From the human T2T-CHM13v2.0 reference genome, Homo sapiens: a DNA stretch of 64,000 nt. How positions within the stretch are numbered: the stretch's first letter is position 1; each line of letters starts with the position of its first letter. Shown one piece after another: positions 38,926-62,678 of the stretch. The position numbers and the translations under genes are program-made. The stretch lies in NCBI RefSeq assembly GCF_009914755.1, contig NC_060936.1. One strand, written 5' to 3'. Under the pieces are notes generated by a model. The model was not told the origin of the DNA and did not search any database. It worked only from the letters and a program-made list of their open reading frames with translations.

Positions 38926-39235
38926 TGTATTAGTCTGTTTGTACGCTGCTGTGAAGAACTACATGAGACTGGGTAATTTATAAAGAGGTTTAATTGACTC
39001 ACAGTTCCTCAAGGCTGGGGAGGCCTCAGGAAACTTAGAATCATGGCAAGAAGGCACCTTCTCACAGGGTGGCAGGAGAGAGAATGAAAGCTGAGCAAAG
39101 GGGCAGAAGTCCCTTATAAAACCATCCACCCCATGAGTCAATTACCTCCCACTGGGTCCCTCCCATGACACAAGGGGATTACGGGAACTACAATTCAAGA
39201 TGAGATTTGGGTGCGGATACAGTCAAACCATATCA
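38926..39235 (-). mobile_element. THE1 (THE1C-like) solo LTR inserted in a MIR
   Basis: Termini tgtattagtc...aaaccatatca; perfect 5-bp TSD atagt (38921-38925, 39236-39240). Confidence 0.92.
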
Positions 39236-39268
39236 ATAGTGTTGTTATAAAAGTTAAACAATAAGTAG

Positions 39269-39703
<435 letters not shown>

Positions 39704-39719
39704 CCAGAGATCCTCTTTT

Positions 39720-39739
39720 CTTTTTTTCTGTTTTATTTT

Positions 39740-39784
<45 letters not shown>

Positions 39785-40290
39785 GGTCTCAGGCCAGGTG
39801 TGGCGGCTCGCGTCTGTAATCCCAGCACTTTGGGAGGCTGAGGCAGGAGGATCACCTGAGGTCAGGAGTTGGAGACTAGCCTGGCCAACGTGGTGAAACC
39901 CCATCTCTGCTAAAAATACAAAAATTAGCCGGGCGTGGTGGCAGACACCTGTAATCCCAGCTACTTGGAAGGCTGAGTCAGGAGAATCGCTTCAACCCAG
40001 GAGGCAGAGGTTGCAGTGAGCCAAGATGTCACCATTACACTCAGCCTAGACGACAAGAGTGAAACTCTGTCTCCAAAAAAAAAAAAAAAAGGTCTTGCTG
40101 TCACCCAGGCCGGAGTGCAGTAGTGCAATCTCTGCTTACTCCAACTTGCATCTCCCAAGCAAGCCTCCCACCTCAGCACCCTCACCCCCATCGCCAAGTA
40201 GCTGAGACCACAGGCGAGTGCCACCACCCCCTGCTAATTTTTTGGTATTTTTTTTTTGTAGAGACGGGGTTTTGCCATGTTGCCCAGGCT
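39720..40290. mobile_element. Truncated minus-strand Alu with (GT)n tail, interrupted by a plus-strand AluSq (39792-40090)
   Basis: aaagggtctc/aaaggtctt duplicated around the inner Alu; (GT)n at 39742-39780. Confidence 0.82.
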
Positions 40291-40299
40291 GAGATCCAC

Positions 40300-40570
40300 T
40301 TTTAGACCACCTCACTTCTTTCAGGTCTCTGCTTTTTTGTCAACTTACTGGATGAGACCCTTTCACATACAGTCACTCTTTCCCTTCTCCACTTAATTCT
40401 TCTCCATAGCACTTACTTTAATCACACATGCTTTATGTTTTACTTATTTAATTGTTGATTGTTTCCTTGCTGGAATATAAACTCTGTGAAAGCAGGGATT
40501 TTGTTTTGCTTACTGCTGTTCTCCAGGACCTAGAATAGGTAGGCAATAGGAATACATGGAATGAATGAAT
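40300..40570 (+). mobile_element. L2 3' end
   Basis: Typical L2 3' motifs ending aatgaatgaat. Confidence 0.75.
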
Positions 40571-40682
40571 CATGCGTAAAAGCTCTTAGTATCTTACATA
40601 TAATAAGTGCTTAACAACTGTTAGTAATAATGATTTAGGCTTTCAAACTGTTGGTAACTCTTATCTTTTAAAAAGTCACTTA

Positions 40683-40801
40683 GGACTGGGTGTAGTGGCT
40701 CACACCTGCAGTCCCAGCACTTTGGGAGGCCAAGGCAGGAGGATGCTTGAGCCCAGGAGTTTGAGACCAGCCTGGGCAACATAGGGAGACTCTGTCTCTA
40801 C

Positions 40802-40832
<31 letters not shown>

Positions 40833-41006
40833 AGCTGCTTGTGGTGGCAATGCACGCCTGAGGTCCCAGCTACTTGGGAGACTGAGGTGGGAGGATCACT
40901 TAAGCCTGAGAGGTTGAGGCTGCAGTGAGTCCTGATTGCTACTGTACTCTAGCCTGGGTGACAGAATGAGACCCTGTCTCAAAAAACCCACAAAACAACA
41001 ACAAAA
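40683..41006 (+). mobile_element. AluJ
   Basis: TSD aaaaagtcac. Confidence 0.9.
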
Positions 41007-41185
41007 AGTCACATGGATGCCATTATATGCTAGGTAGCCTGCTAATTAGCTATGCAATCATCCTTATAAATAAAAAACAAACTAAACCAAGATAAGGTTT
41101 AAAATTTTTGAATACTCACAGAATGCAATGATTCAGTAGAACAATACCTTTGAAAATCAGAAAAACAACTTAAAAGGATGTTTTT

Positions 41186-41493
<308 letters not shown>

Positions 41494-44156
41494 TTAGAGG
41501 TGAGAACCTCACCCACAGGGTGAGGATGTATGCAGACTCTAGTGTTGTGCTCCTAAATGTAGCCTAGATGTGCTTATATTCCAGCAGCGAGCAGGCCCTG
41601 TCATGTTCTTCTCATTTCTTGGGAAAGCTGCCTACCCAGCTTCCTAAACTGTGAGCAAACCCTGAGATAACAGTGAAAGGTAGCTTCTAGCTAACAAAGC
41701 GAAGCATGGAATAAAATGCTTCCTTTTATTGAATCCTTTTGCGGTGTTTGGCTGTTTTACGATTTGCCACCTTTTAGTATTTAGGTTCAGTTTTAAAAAC
41801 TCTTCCATTTCTTTGGTTTTCATTTACCACCAGAATCTGTAAAAAGAAAAATAAAAAGGCAAAACCACAGGAATGTTGAACTGGAATGTAAATAATAGAT
41901 AACCAAATTATGAGGCTACAGTTCCTTTTGCTTTGAACCTACAGTAAAGATTCAGAAATTCTTGAGTTTAAACCTTGCATTTTTATTTGCTTTATACACT
42001 ATATAGCCTCAAGCAATAATCATTTATTGTTTTAAAATCTACAGTTAGGGCTTCCACAGAGTAATCTTTATTTTCTTTAACCATACATAAATTCCTATAT
42101 GAGAAATTTTAATATGCAAAAAATTCAGGAAGTTACTAGAAGACTAAATATAGTATAAATGTTGGAGCAGAAAGAATATTTTAATGGAAAGAACATTAAT
42201 GGCACCAAAGCTCTTTGATTTATATTTTAAAAATAATAAACTAACATTCTCATGAATGCTAACTTACGTGAAATATTTTCTGCTACTATCTCTAGGCTAT
42301 TAATATATATTGCTTTTTAAAAACATATTTCCTAAATTAGTGTAAGGGACCTGGCAGGTAGAAAATTTAAAACAAACCTCAGAATTTAGTCCCTCTTTTA
42401 GCAAACAGATATGTTGCCAAGGCAATTGGTAGCAGTTTTATCATTAACCACATGTAATGAAACTGGATCAGGGCTAGAAAAGGAAGCTATTCACATGTAA
42501 GATGCTGAAAACCACTCTCTGATGGGGACTTTCAACAGCAATGGGGGTTAAGGTGTTTATATGTCATTCAGATGTTCATTTTGTCTGCAATTTTGGATAT
42601 ATTGTAGGCGTGTAGGTTTGAAACCTATTCTTTTTGAAAGACCCCAAATGTGGTGTAGGAGGTGGAAATCAGGTGGGCAACCCTGAGGGCTGGCAATGAA
42701 AAATTTGTTCATAGTCACGGAGGCTTCAAAACAGTCCCTTTAATCGTGACTCATGGGCATGCAGAAGCACAGTACATTAGTTAAAATGAATACCTTCTGG
42801 ATGGATGACCACAGCTGCCCCATTAATGGTTGTCAGATCTTTCACCTGATGTTCAGAGATGCTGAAGGGTGAGCACAGCATGGACAAGTCCTACCATAGG
42901 TTCTTGGCTTTAATAGGGACCATGGTCAGAACTCCTTTGTCTCTACCATAGAACCCAGCACCGAGATAGCTAGCAGGTGCTCAAATGAATAGTGAATTGA
43001 GTGTACTATCTCACCTATAGGTATTTCAATTAATTAGTTTGCCTGTGGGCCCAGCTGCAGCTGAGCAGAAGGAAACATCCTGAAGGACATGGCCTGGCCT
43101 GAAACAATATGCCGAAGTGACTTGAGGGCCGGCTATGGGAACACAATGTTTAGTGATTTCTAAGCTTATGAAAATATCAGAGAAACTCAGTAGGATTGAT
43201 TTTCATAACTCTGTAGAGAGTATAGCACCTCATTGTCATGCATTGTTTAAATAATACTGCACTATGTATATTTTTTGAATTGTTTGGATATTATCTGTAT
43301 ATATTGATGGATATAGGTATATAAATTCTCAAATAATTTGCATTTGTAATATGTCTCATTTTTTTCCCATACACACTATTATTTCCTTGAAATTAAAAAA
43401 CTGAAGTATTACATTTCATATAGAAAAGTAATACTAATAATCTGGATTGGATTCTAAAAGCCCCCCTGCCCCACACAGACACCCTTTTTTCTTTCACAAA
43501 TTTGCAACATCATCATAACATGCTAGAGTGATAAAATATATTCTTGATGCCAGACAGAGCTGGATTAGATTTGTTGCTTTGCTATGTGACCTTAGGCAAG
43601 TCATTTATATTCACTGAGCTTCAAGCTTTTTGTTTATAATAGGGTATCATTAATAGTATTGGCGTCTTAGGATTGGCATCTTAGGATTGGCAGAACATTC
43701 ACTTAGTTACTAAATATAAGGTACTTAGATCTCCTAGTTTATAATTAGTGTATCAGTTATCTATGGTTGCAAAAGAAAAACATAAACACATAAAACAAAA
43801 AACCTTCCCAACATTTAAGAGCTTAAAACAAAAATGATCTCTTTTTCATGATTTTGTGGTTGATCCAGTTCTGCAGGCCTGGGCTTTTTTCACTTTTGTG
43901 GCTAAGGCCAGCAGGTGACTTGGCTGGGGCTGGATAGTCTAAGACAGCCATACTCACACATCTGGGATTGCAACTGGTGTGACTGGAACAACTACGAGGA
44001 CTGAGCCTCTCCTTCCATGTGACCTTTCATCCTCCAGTAGGCTAGTTTGGGCTTCTCCACATGGTGGTCTTGAGTAGGAGTAGTATTCTAAGACAGCAAG
44101 AGCAGACACAATCTAGATCTCTTTAAGTCTAGATTCCCAGCAAAATGTTATTTTGA

Positions 44157-44762
<606 letters not shown>

Positions 44763-45689
44763 TCATTTTGACCACACTCTACTGAATGAAGCATGTCACA
44801 TGACCAGCTCAGATTCAAAGGGCAGGGAAAGAGACATCACCTTTTAAGGGAGAAAAGATAAAGTTGTATTACAAGGGGTATGCATGCAGGGATGGGAGGA
44901 GATATTGTGGCAGTCTTTGCAAACCATCTTAACACCTTAATGCTCAATAAATGGTAACTATTATTATTATTTTTTATTTTAGAGTTGGCATATCTCTCAC
45001 AGGTTGTCAGGATTATTATTACTTTTTGATGGCTGGAAGAAATAAGTCAAAGGAAGGCAATCTTTATTTACTCATGATGAGATACATTGTCTCTTACATA
45101 GCTCTCTGCCTGTGATATCAGTGGAGCTTAAGCTCTATTCACAGGAAACTTGGGTATCTAGGAATCATGACATGTTTCACTAGACGTGAAGCAGTCCCTG
45201 CTGTTCCTCTGCTGGTTCAGAAGTGAGTGGAGTTCCAATTTCTTCCCTGTCTTAGTAAGGTCACTGATGCTTGAACAGTCACCATCTTGTATTTTATTCA
45301 AAGTATACTCATTAATAATAGAAAATACTAAATGCACAATTGAACTTCAAAACTGATGAATAGTATGCTTTTATTGTGGTATCCCTACTTACAATGATAA
45401 GAGAAAAATACATGATACCTTTACAATAGTAAGAAGGAAAGTGTGCTATTCATTTGGAGAATAGCTGTTGTATTTCAGAATAACAGCAATTTATTTGTCC
45501 AATCCCATTATTTTACACTGCTTTCCCATTATTTTCTGTTCTGCAGTAGGATCCTAATTTAAAAGTTGTCCAAGTGAGGCTGAGAGGTAGGGATTCCCTT
45601 ATTATTTCTTGAAGAAATATACCTGTGCATTAATTCTTTCCACTTCCTGGAATATGTTTTCCACAGATTTCCATGGGCTTCACTTGTTG

Positions 45690-46315
<626 letters not shown>

Positions 46316-46848
46316 TAAATTTGGGGACAAACCTTTTTGTATTTTTCTGAAAGATGGTTTATAATGAACATGAGATTCTGAGACATTTATATGATTTCAT
46401 TATTATTATTTTACTTAATGCTGTGAATAACAGTGTTAAGTGAAGGTAAGTTTAAGCAATCACCTGTGTCCCCAATCTGTTTTGATTCTGGAACCTGAAA
46501 CCCAGAGCTTAGTGCTGAGTTCTGGCAAATCTCCCAGAACCACCGCCCTTTAGTTAGGGCTTCTGTGTCAATTCTCTAAAGGGCAAAGGCCTTTTGGGAA
46601 ACTGGATTTTATGGTTTCAGGGATAGGTCTAAACAATACATACTTCTGAATCCCCAAGGTCATTTGTTTTATCTTTATAGGCCAAGATTTCCTGCAGCAA
46701 CTGAAATTCTCCAATATTTTCACTGGATTGAACTAAGTTAGTTCAAATTTAAAACCTATTCAGTTATACTCTTTTTAAGCTTGAAGTGTTCTTGCTTAGG
46801 TAGCAGGAAACTTTTTGAAGGGATATTCTTGCTACAGAGCCAAAGTCA

Positions 46849-47344
<496 letters not shown>

Positions 47345-48089
47345 TCATGAATAACAAGGCAATTATTGACTCCATAAACAAAATGTCAGGGATGTTATTG
47401 GAAAAGTACTAAGTGAGGAAGTTACCCCATTGAAGTCTCCATTGCTTAAGTGATCAAGACAGCATTAATTATCATGGCATTCCAAGACCTTCCTTCTGGG
47501 CGTCACTTTACCAAGCTGACTTTATCTCAATGTATGGAACTCTTCAGCATCAACATTCGAAAGCAGCCAGGCCAAAATTCTTATTATACCCTAAATTATT
47601 GGTGCTCATTTCCTTTTATTTTGGTGGCTACATAGTTTATTTCTGCCCATCTTTTAAGATCCAGTTCATGCTTCCTCTCCTTAGTAAGGCTGACTTCATC
47701 TGCCCTCATGGGTTCCTCCTGTCCCATTCCCTAGAATCTTTAGAGTCATGTTTTTGCTTCCTGATAATCAAAGGAGATGACATAACATTTTTAAAGAGCT
47801 CAGCCTAGTGTCCTGAAAAGATGCCCCTTTTTTGTTTGTTGGCATATATAACATACTGAAAACAAAAACTGGGGTATTAAAAATGAATAATACATGCACG
47901 AGGTATGAAGAAATACAGCATGATGGTTTAGAACATAGCCTCTGGAGTTACAGAAACCTGAATTATTTTCCTTACTCGGCCCCTTACTACTTGTTTAACT
48001 TTGGTCAGGTTGTTAGACTTCTCCAAGCCTTATTTTCCTACCTTGAAAAGGAGGGTAATACGTAGTACACATTTAATAGGGTAAACGTG

Positions 48090-48175
48090 ACAAGTGAAAT
48101 AACAGATATGAAAATTATTTACAAATCATAAAACAAGTGAAATAACATATATGAAAATTCTTTATAAATCATAAA
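48090..48175. repeat. 43-bp tandem duplication at the end of a MIR-like element
   Basis: acaagtgaaataaca(g/t)atatgaaaatt(a/c)ttta(c/t)aaatcataaa twice. Confidence 0.9.
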
Positions 48176-48177
48176 AG

Positions 48178-48609
48178 GGCTGGGCGTGGTGTCTCACATC
48201 TATAATCCTAACACTTTGGAAGGCAGAGACAGGTGGATCGCCCAAGGTCAGGAGTTTGAGACCAGCCTGGCCAACATGGCGAAACCCTGTCTCTACTAAA
48301 TATACGAAAATTAGGCCAGGCATGGTGGCTCACAGCTGTAATCCCAGCAGTTTGGAAGGCTGAGGCAGGTGGATCACCTGAGATCAAGAGTTCGAGACCA
48401 GCCTGGCCAACATCGTGAAACCCTGTCTCTACTAAAAATACAAAAATTAGCCGGGCGTGGTGGCGCAGGCCTGTAATTCCAGCTACTCAGGAGGCAGAGA
48501 CAGGAGAATTGCTTGAACCCAGGAGGCAGAGGTTGCAGTGAGCCAAGTTCGTGCCACTACACTCCAGCCTGGGTGAGGGAGTGAGACTCTGTCTCAAAAA
48601 CAAAAAAAA
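48178..48609 (+). mobile_element. Alu trimer (left-left-right arms)
   Basis: A left arm followed by a complete AluS; TSD aaatcataaa. Confidence 0.87.
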
Positions 48610-48684
48610 TCATAAAGTACTATATTAATGTTAAATATTATCTTGTATATTTTAGAATTTTTATATATGTGGCATCAGAGTTAA

Positions 48685-49002
<318 letters not shown>

Positions 49003-49449
49003 TAAGCCAGCAACATGCAAGACAATAGCTATGAACTTGGCATCCAAAGAGGAGAAGTCACATTCTTTCCCCGGAGGGGCTTTCGCTGCAGATAGGGGTA
49101 CAAAATATGTCTCCTCATAAAGCAAAATATGTCAAAGGTGAAATAACAATAGTATGTCAAAAATTACTCAAGGCAAAAATAAAGGAGGTGGTAAAGGGTG
49201 TCACAAAATTGGAAAGATAAATAATATTTCTGAAGTCGCAGGAGTAAGAGATTGCTTTCAGATTGGTGTAATCAGGGAGGATTTGTAGAGGCTATGGTTG
49301 GGTGTTAAGTGAGCAGGGGCTTGAGGGTAGGTAGGATTTGATTAGGTGGCAAGTGGGTAGAGGGTAAGAGAGAGCAGAAGTGTGGAGGTGGAAAAGGGTA
49401 ATAGTTGGAAGGTTAACAAGGAAACCAGTGTGACTAGAATAATTCAAGC

Positions 49450-49630
49450 TAGTGTTCCCAGACTCAGTTGAATATTAGAATCAAAGAGGAAACTTTAAAA
49501 AATTATACAGATTTCTGAGCTCCATTGCGGATGAAATAAATCAGAATCTCTGAAGGGTGGGGTCTGGAATCTGTAGCTTCAAAAAGCTTTCAAGGTGATT
49601 CTAAGGAATAGCCAATTTTGGAAATCACAG
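49450..49630. mobile_element. MER5-type hAT MITE
   Basis: aatcagaatctctg..gggtggggtctggaatctg...caaggtgattct. Confidence 0.72.
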
Positions 49631-50125
49631 ATAAAAAGGATTAGTAGTTTAGAAGCAATAAACTTAATTAAGGTTCAAACTCCAAAGGCCTTGAATGTTA
49701 AGACTGCGGATTGTATTTAACAACATTCTCAAACTTTGGTAATGTATGGATATTGTTTAAAGGGGGAAAAATGTCTCTGGGGACTCTATAAGAAAACCGC
49801 AGAATTCTGTGGAGAGTCACAGAAAGTTTTGGGGGACTGACCGTGCTCAGAGGTATGATTCTGAGATATCAGTCTATTTGTCATCTCTGGAATGGGCTGG
49901 AAGAAAAAGAAAGTGGAGATGGATTGACAAACTAAGAGACCACAGGTACAGTGTAGGAATTATGGGATCAAAAAGAGAATTCAGGGCTCTAGAGCCTGTG
50001 TTTCCTCAGCCAGATACAGAGGAGGGAATGGTAGCAAAAGCACTTGTTATATAGGGTGGATGTTTAGCACCATTCATAAGACCCCTGAAAAGTTTGGTTG
50101 TTTAGAAGGTAAAGACTGCTTCTTT

Positions 50126-50750
50126 GGCCAGGTGTGGGGGCTCACGCCTGTAATCCCACCACTTTGGGAGGCTGAGGCAGGTGGATCACCTGAGGTCAGG
50201 AGTTTGAGACCAGTCTGGCCAACATGACAAAATCCTGTCTCTATACTAAAAATACAAAAATTAGCTGGGTGTGGTGGAATGCATCTGTAATCCCAGCTAC
50301 TCAGGAGGCTGAGGAGAATTGCTTGAACCCAGGAGGCGGAGGTTGCAGCAAGTGGAGATGGTGCCACTGCACTACAGCCTGGGCAAAAGAGCGAGACTGT
50401 CTTAAAAAAAAAAAAAAAAAGACTGCTTCTTTTAGGCTGGGCGTGGTGGCTCACACCTGTAATCTTACACTTTGGGAGTCAGGCAGATTGCTTGAGCCCA
50501 GGAGTTTGAGACTAGTCTCAGCCACATGGCGAAACCACATCTCTAAAAAAAGTAGAAAAAAATTAGCTGGGCATGGTGGCGTTCCCCTATAGTCCCATCT
50601 GCTTGGGAGGCTGAGAAGAGAGGATCCCTTCAGCTGAGGGAGGATCGTTTCAGCCTCGGGGACATTGAAGCTTCAGTGAACCATGATAACACCATTGTAC
50701 TGCAGCCTGGGTGACAGAGTGGGACCCAGTTTCAAAAAAAAAAAAAAAAA
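50126..50750 (+). mobile_element. Tandem AluS plus AluJ
   Basis: Separated by a repeated target aaagactgcttcttt. Confidence 0.9.
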
Positions 50751-50966
50751 GGCTACGTCTTTTCCCTTCTTAGTCTCAGTCTCCTATAGGTCTTAACACA
50801 AGCAACTCTTGTAATACAGACGAATTGTGGATCTATGTAATATATGTAAATTAACTGATAGAAGACAGCTTTTCAACTGATTTTCTTGGGAATTCCAAAT
50901 TTCTAGTCCTGTTCTTAAAAAGATATTCCTGTATACATTTTTCTAGCTAGTCTATAAATTTAAATT

Positions 50967-53650
<2,684 letters not shown>

Positions 53651-53719
53651 TCTTATACTATTGCATTGAGGATTAGGTTTCAACCTATGAATTTTGAGGG
53701 GATGCAAACATTCAGACTA

Positions 53720-56850
<3,131 letters not shown>

Positions 56851-57221
56851 TCACAGCTGGATGATCACCAGATATAGGCCCTAGCACTCGGCAGGGATTC
56901 AGAATTTCTTTTTCGGTTTTACTCAAGTAAGCAAAATGAACAATATCTGTTTTCTTTCTGTTGGCAGTGTTTCGAGTATCTGGTGCTAGTATAATCATTA
57001 TTTTGGCTATTATCAGACTTAGCAATGCAATTTTTGCTTTGATATTCTTCCCAGTTGTTGTGTCAGGAAGAAGGCAGAATTAGGCAGTGTGCTAAAATCA
57101 AATCAGTATTTCTTACATAAATGATTGGTTGGGTGAGTCTGTTTTTAGTCACCCATCTCCTTTGAAGTCTGAAAGCAGGCAAGAAATTTGAGATTGTTGA
57201 CATTTCCTACAGAAGAGCTAA

Positions 57222-57823
<602 letters not shown>

Positions 57824-58547
57824 ATTATATAGAGCTTTTTATATTTAACTTTTAGTCTAATTTTCCTTGAAGTCTGCACACTGGACAATTAATTGGTCAG
57901 CAGCAAGGTGATAGTTCTAGTGAGACAAAGCAGCATCTAGAGGAGAGAGTGAAAACCAGACAAGGTATTTGCATTAGTATTTCAGACTTTAAGACTGAGT
58001 TAATTAAGGGTGGAGTGGCATTATTTTGGCTTAAATTTCTTCATCTGTAAAGGTGTGTTAATGGTACTATCCACATAGAGTTTTGTGAAAAAATATGTGT
58101 ATGTGAAATGTTTTATATAGAATCAGGCATATAATTGGCCAACAAAGGATGTTTTTTGTTTTTTAATGAGGAATAATGCTGCTGATGAGCAACTAAGATA
58201 GTGCTCATCATAGAAGAGAGAATCAAATAACAAAGGGATGTGAGGCCAGCTCAGTTTTCCTTCAGTTAGAAAATAGACATGTAAGTAAAGCATAATATAT
58301 AATTATTGTTATGAAGCGAGTATACACTATATAATAATTAAGGAAGAGAAAAATAAAGAGGTGACATGAAGAAAAGAAGGTGAAAGAAAGAAGGGATGAG
58401 TGAAGGATAGTGTACATCCAAAACTTCATTTTGAGTGACATGTGAGGATGTGAAAATATAAAATTGTTGGGTTTTATAGAATCAGAGAGGTCAGCTTTCA
58501 TTCTCTAATATTATAAATTAAGAGAGATGTAGGGCAAAGTAGAACAG

Positions 58548-58722
58548 AGATTTCTCAACCTCACTAATATTCAGAATCACTTTGAGAAACTTATAAAAAT
58601 ATAAATGCCTGTACCCCACCCCAGTGACTCTGATTCTTAGTTCCAGGGTGGAATCCAGTGATCTGTGTGTTTAAAAAGATCCTTAGATGAATTTTGATGC
58701 AAATCTACATTTGAGAATGGCA
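58548..58722. mobile_element. MER5-type hAT MITE
   Basis: ttctcaa...ttgagaa termini and internal cagaatcac/ctctgatt motifs. Confidence 0.75.
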
Positions 58723-58842
58723 GAAATGGGCCCTAAATGTTTGCCTGTGTCCAGTAGTATCTGTTCAGCCCCTTCTTGTAATTCTCCTCTCTCTACAGAG
58801 CAAGAAAAAGAAACATGATGGAATAACCCAATTTAAAATTGA

Positions 58843-59150
58843 AGCCGGGTGTGGTGGCTCATGCCTGTAATCCCAGCATTTTGGGAGGCCGAGGCCGGAG
58901 GATCACCTGAGGTCAGGAGTTCTAGACCAGCCTGACCAACATGGCAAAACCCTGTCTCCACTAAAAATACAAAAATCAGCCGGGCGTGGTGGCGGTTGCC
59001 TGTAATCCCAGCTGCTCAGGAGGCTGAGGCAGGACCCAGGAGGCAGAGGTTGCAGTGAGCTGAGATTGCGCCCCTGCACTCCAGCCTGGGTGATAGAGCA
59101 AGACTCAGTCAAAATAAAATAAATAAATAAAATAAAAGAAAATAAAATAA
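58843..59150 (+). mobile_element. AluSx
   Basis: Dimer with (TAAA)n tail. Confidence 0.9.
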
Positions 59151-59830
59151 AAGATTACCTTTTAAAAAATCCATGAAAATATATAACATTATTCCCCTTG
59201 TTTTTCTTTTCCTGCGACTGATTTAGGAGGGCACCGGCTTCTTTTCTCCTCTGAAGTGGGGGCTGAGCTACAGCAGTGACACCAAGTGGTGGTTTTAGGG
59301 GATTCTCCTTTTCATTTGAAACTTTGTGATTTTTAAATGACTGAAATAAGATGTCGTTTGCCTTCTTTCTCTTTCCCATCAGTTAGAGCATGTATTCTTC
59401 AGTTCTTGCATACCTCATTCACCAGAAATGCTAAAAGAATGAAGAAAACAACAAACAGGATTTGACCCTGACATTTGATCTTTTTGAGTGCTTCCAATAT
59501 AAACACCTTTGTTTAGTTGTTTCTAGGACCAGGTGGTTTCAGTGAAGTCAAAGAGAGCCTAAACTAAACTCTACATGCTAAAACTATGATAATGATGATG
59601 AAACTGTCAGTGCATTTAAAGTTATATGACTCATAAAAAGAGAGTACTGTGAACTTAAAAGTAAGAATGCTGCAGACTGATGCCAAGAAAACTCAATGAG
59701 TCTGTGATGAAGGTCGAGACTCCCTTCATAACCATCTGCGGTGAGCTAAAACTTAGGTATCCAAAGAATAACAATGCTTAAGATGTCTTGCTTAGGAAAA
59801 AAAAAAGTAAAAGTAGGTTTGGAAAGTTCG

Positions 59831-60225
59831 TGTCTTAGTTTGGGCTGCTATAACAAATTACTATAGACTGGGTGGCTTATAAGGAAAAGCAATTTATTTC
59901 TCGCAGTTCTGGAGCTGGGAAGTCCAAAATCAAAGGACTGGTGTCTGGTGAGGGCCTGCTTCCTCACAGACAGGGCAGATAGGGCCATGAGTTATCTGTT
60001 GTCTCCTTTCTGTTAATTGTAATTTTTTGGTTTTTAATTATTTTTGAAAAAATAGAGATGGGGTCTCACTGTGTTGGCCGGGTTGGTCTGGAACTTCTGA
60101 TCTCAAGCAGTCCTCCTGCCTTAGCCTCCCAAAGTGCTAGGATTACAGGTGTGAGCCACCATGCCTGGCCTGGAGTCTCTTTTATGAGGGCACTAATCTC
60201 ATTCATGGGGCCTCTTCCTTCATGA
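59831..60225 (-). mobile_element. MLT1A-like LTR interrupted by an Alu monomer (60040-60170)
   Basis: tgtcttagtttgggctgctataacaaattactatagactgggtggctta. Confidence 0.8.
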
Positions 60226-60229
60226 CTCC

Positions 60230-60490
60230 AGCCCAGGCTGGAGTGCAATGATGTGATCTTGGCTCACAGCAAACTCCGCCTCCCGGGTTCAAATGATTCT
60301 CCTGCCTCGGCCTCCTGAGTAACTGGGATTACAGGTGCCTGCCACCACGCCCAGCTAATTTTTGTATTTTTAGTAGAGACGGGGTTCACCATGTTGCCCA
60401 GGCTGGTCTTGAACTCCTGACTTCAGGTGATCCACCTGCCTCGGCCTCCTAAAGTGCTAGGATTATAGGCGTGAACCACCGTGCCAGGCC
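60230..60490 (-). mobile_element. AluS lacking its 3' end and tail
   Basis: Begins at gcccaggctggag, abutting the LTR. Confidence 0.87.
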
Positions 60491-61012
60491 TACTTTCAGG
60501 ATTTTTACCTTATAATAGCATTCATCAAAGATATCTTTAAACGGCAATTTCACCAGTACATTTATACTATGACTAAGTTCATAAATATTTGATATACAAA
60601 CTTTTAAGAAATACATTTGCTAAGTAACATGGACACACCCAAATTACAAACAAAAGAGAAGAGGAAGTTAGGCTATTAACGGACATGTAGACAAGAGAAG
60701 TACATGTAGTTATGCAGAGGAAGAACAATCAATTATAAAGAAAAGCACACAGAGGAAATGGGATTACCGTTGGTTCCAGGGACCATCATTGTGTAGGTGG
60801 AACCAACAGATTTGGTTAAGGACACTCTGCTAAAGACAATGCAGCTAGATTAGCCACTAATCACAGGCTAGTGTGGGAACTGCAGGACATATTCCTCAAT
60901 GCCCGAGAAATGTTGGTTGCTTTTCCTCCTCGTGTTTCTCAAATGTCATTTTACTTACCTTTTATTCATTATATCTGTCCTATGCTTCTACAATCTGAAC
61001 ATAAAATGAAAT

Positions 61013-61363
<351 letters not shown>

Positions 61364-62292
61364 TAGTCCTCAGTTTATTTCCTTAATGCTTACTAATTTT
61401 ATGTCACCAGTGGTTGGCAGATACATTTTAGAAAACTGTGAAGAGAAAAATTTGTATAGACACTAAAAACAGCAGTCAGCTGATCTGGTGGGCTGTGGAC
61501 TTGCTGCTGTAGACAATGGAATGATCAGAAATAATAAACAGGGCGAGAACTTTATCTATTTTTGAGCTGAATGTTCTAACATTTATGAATGACTAAGTGA
61601 TGAGGCATCAATCTAAAATGCCTCTGCATTTCACATTAGTATGTGAAAAACTGGTAGGGATTAATGAATATTTTTCTTTAGCTTCTGAGTAAGAAACAGT
61701 TCCAAAATGAGGAAAGAATACCTGGCTTTGCCTTAAACTGAGTGTTCCTAACTCTGAAACTCTGGGAACTTTATAAATCCCTAAGACATTGTTTAAAAGC
61801 CCCAAATAAGAGGACTGAGTTTTCACTTTTACCCAATTAGATGCTAAAGTGGATTGAACAAAATGACATATTCTTGGATTATAGACTGGAGCATAAAAAT
61901 TTATATCATAGCCAATAATGACTGTCCTTTTGCCAAGCCATTGTACTCCTACCCCCTCTACCCCCATGACCCACGAGTGTTTCTTAAGCACCCACTAAAC
62001 ATGAGAGAAAGCAGCAAGGGTAGACTGGGAGCACATTGTGGACGGCTTGATATTTTCTTCAGCAATAAACGGAAGTTGTCAAGAAAACAAAAGACACCAT
62101 CAGGCCTGTGCTTTGGGAAGACGTAACTGGCAGTGGTGTGTAAGACATACTGCTGGAGGATGAGGCCGAAGGTAGGGAGACTGGGAAATGCCATGGCTGA
62201 TAAAATGGAAAGGAGGGTAGAAATTGCGAAGTGTGGCTTCTGTGAACTACTGCTGTCTTTTATTGTTTTAATTTAGAAAGAATGAATGCTCA

Positions 62293-62599
<307 letters not shown>

Positions 62600-62678
62600 G
62601 TTAGTTGAATGCATACTGGTTATTTGTTGAGGGGAGGAAACAAAGATGATGGTGAAGTTTCAAGTCTTAACAGCTAGG

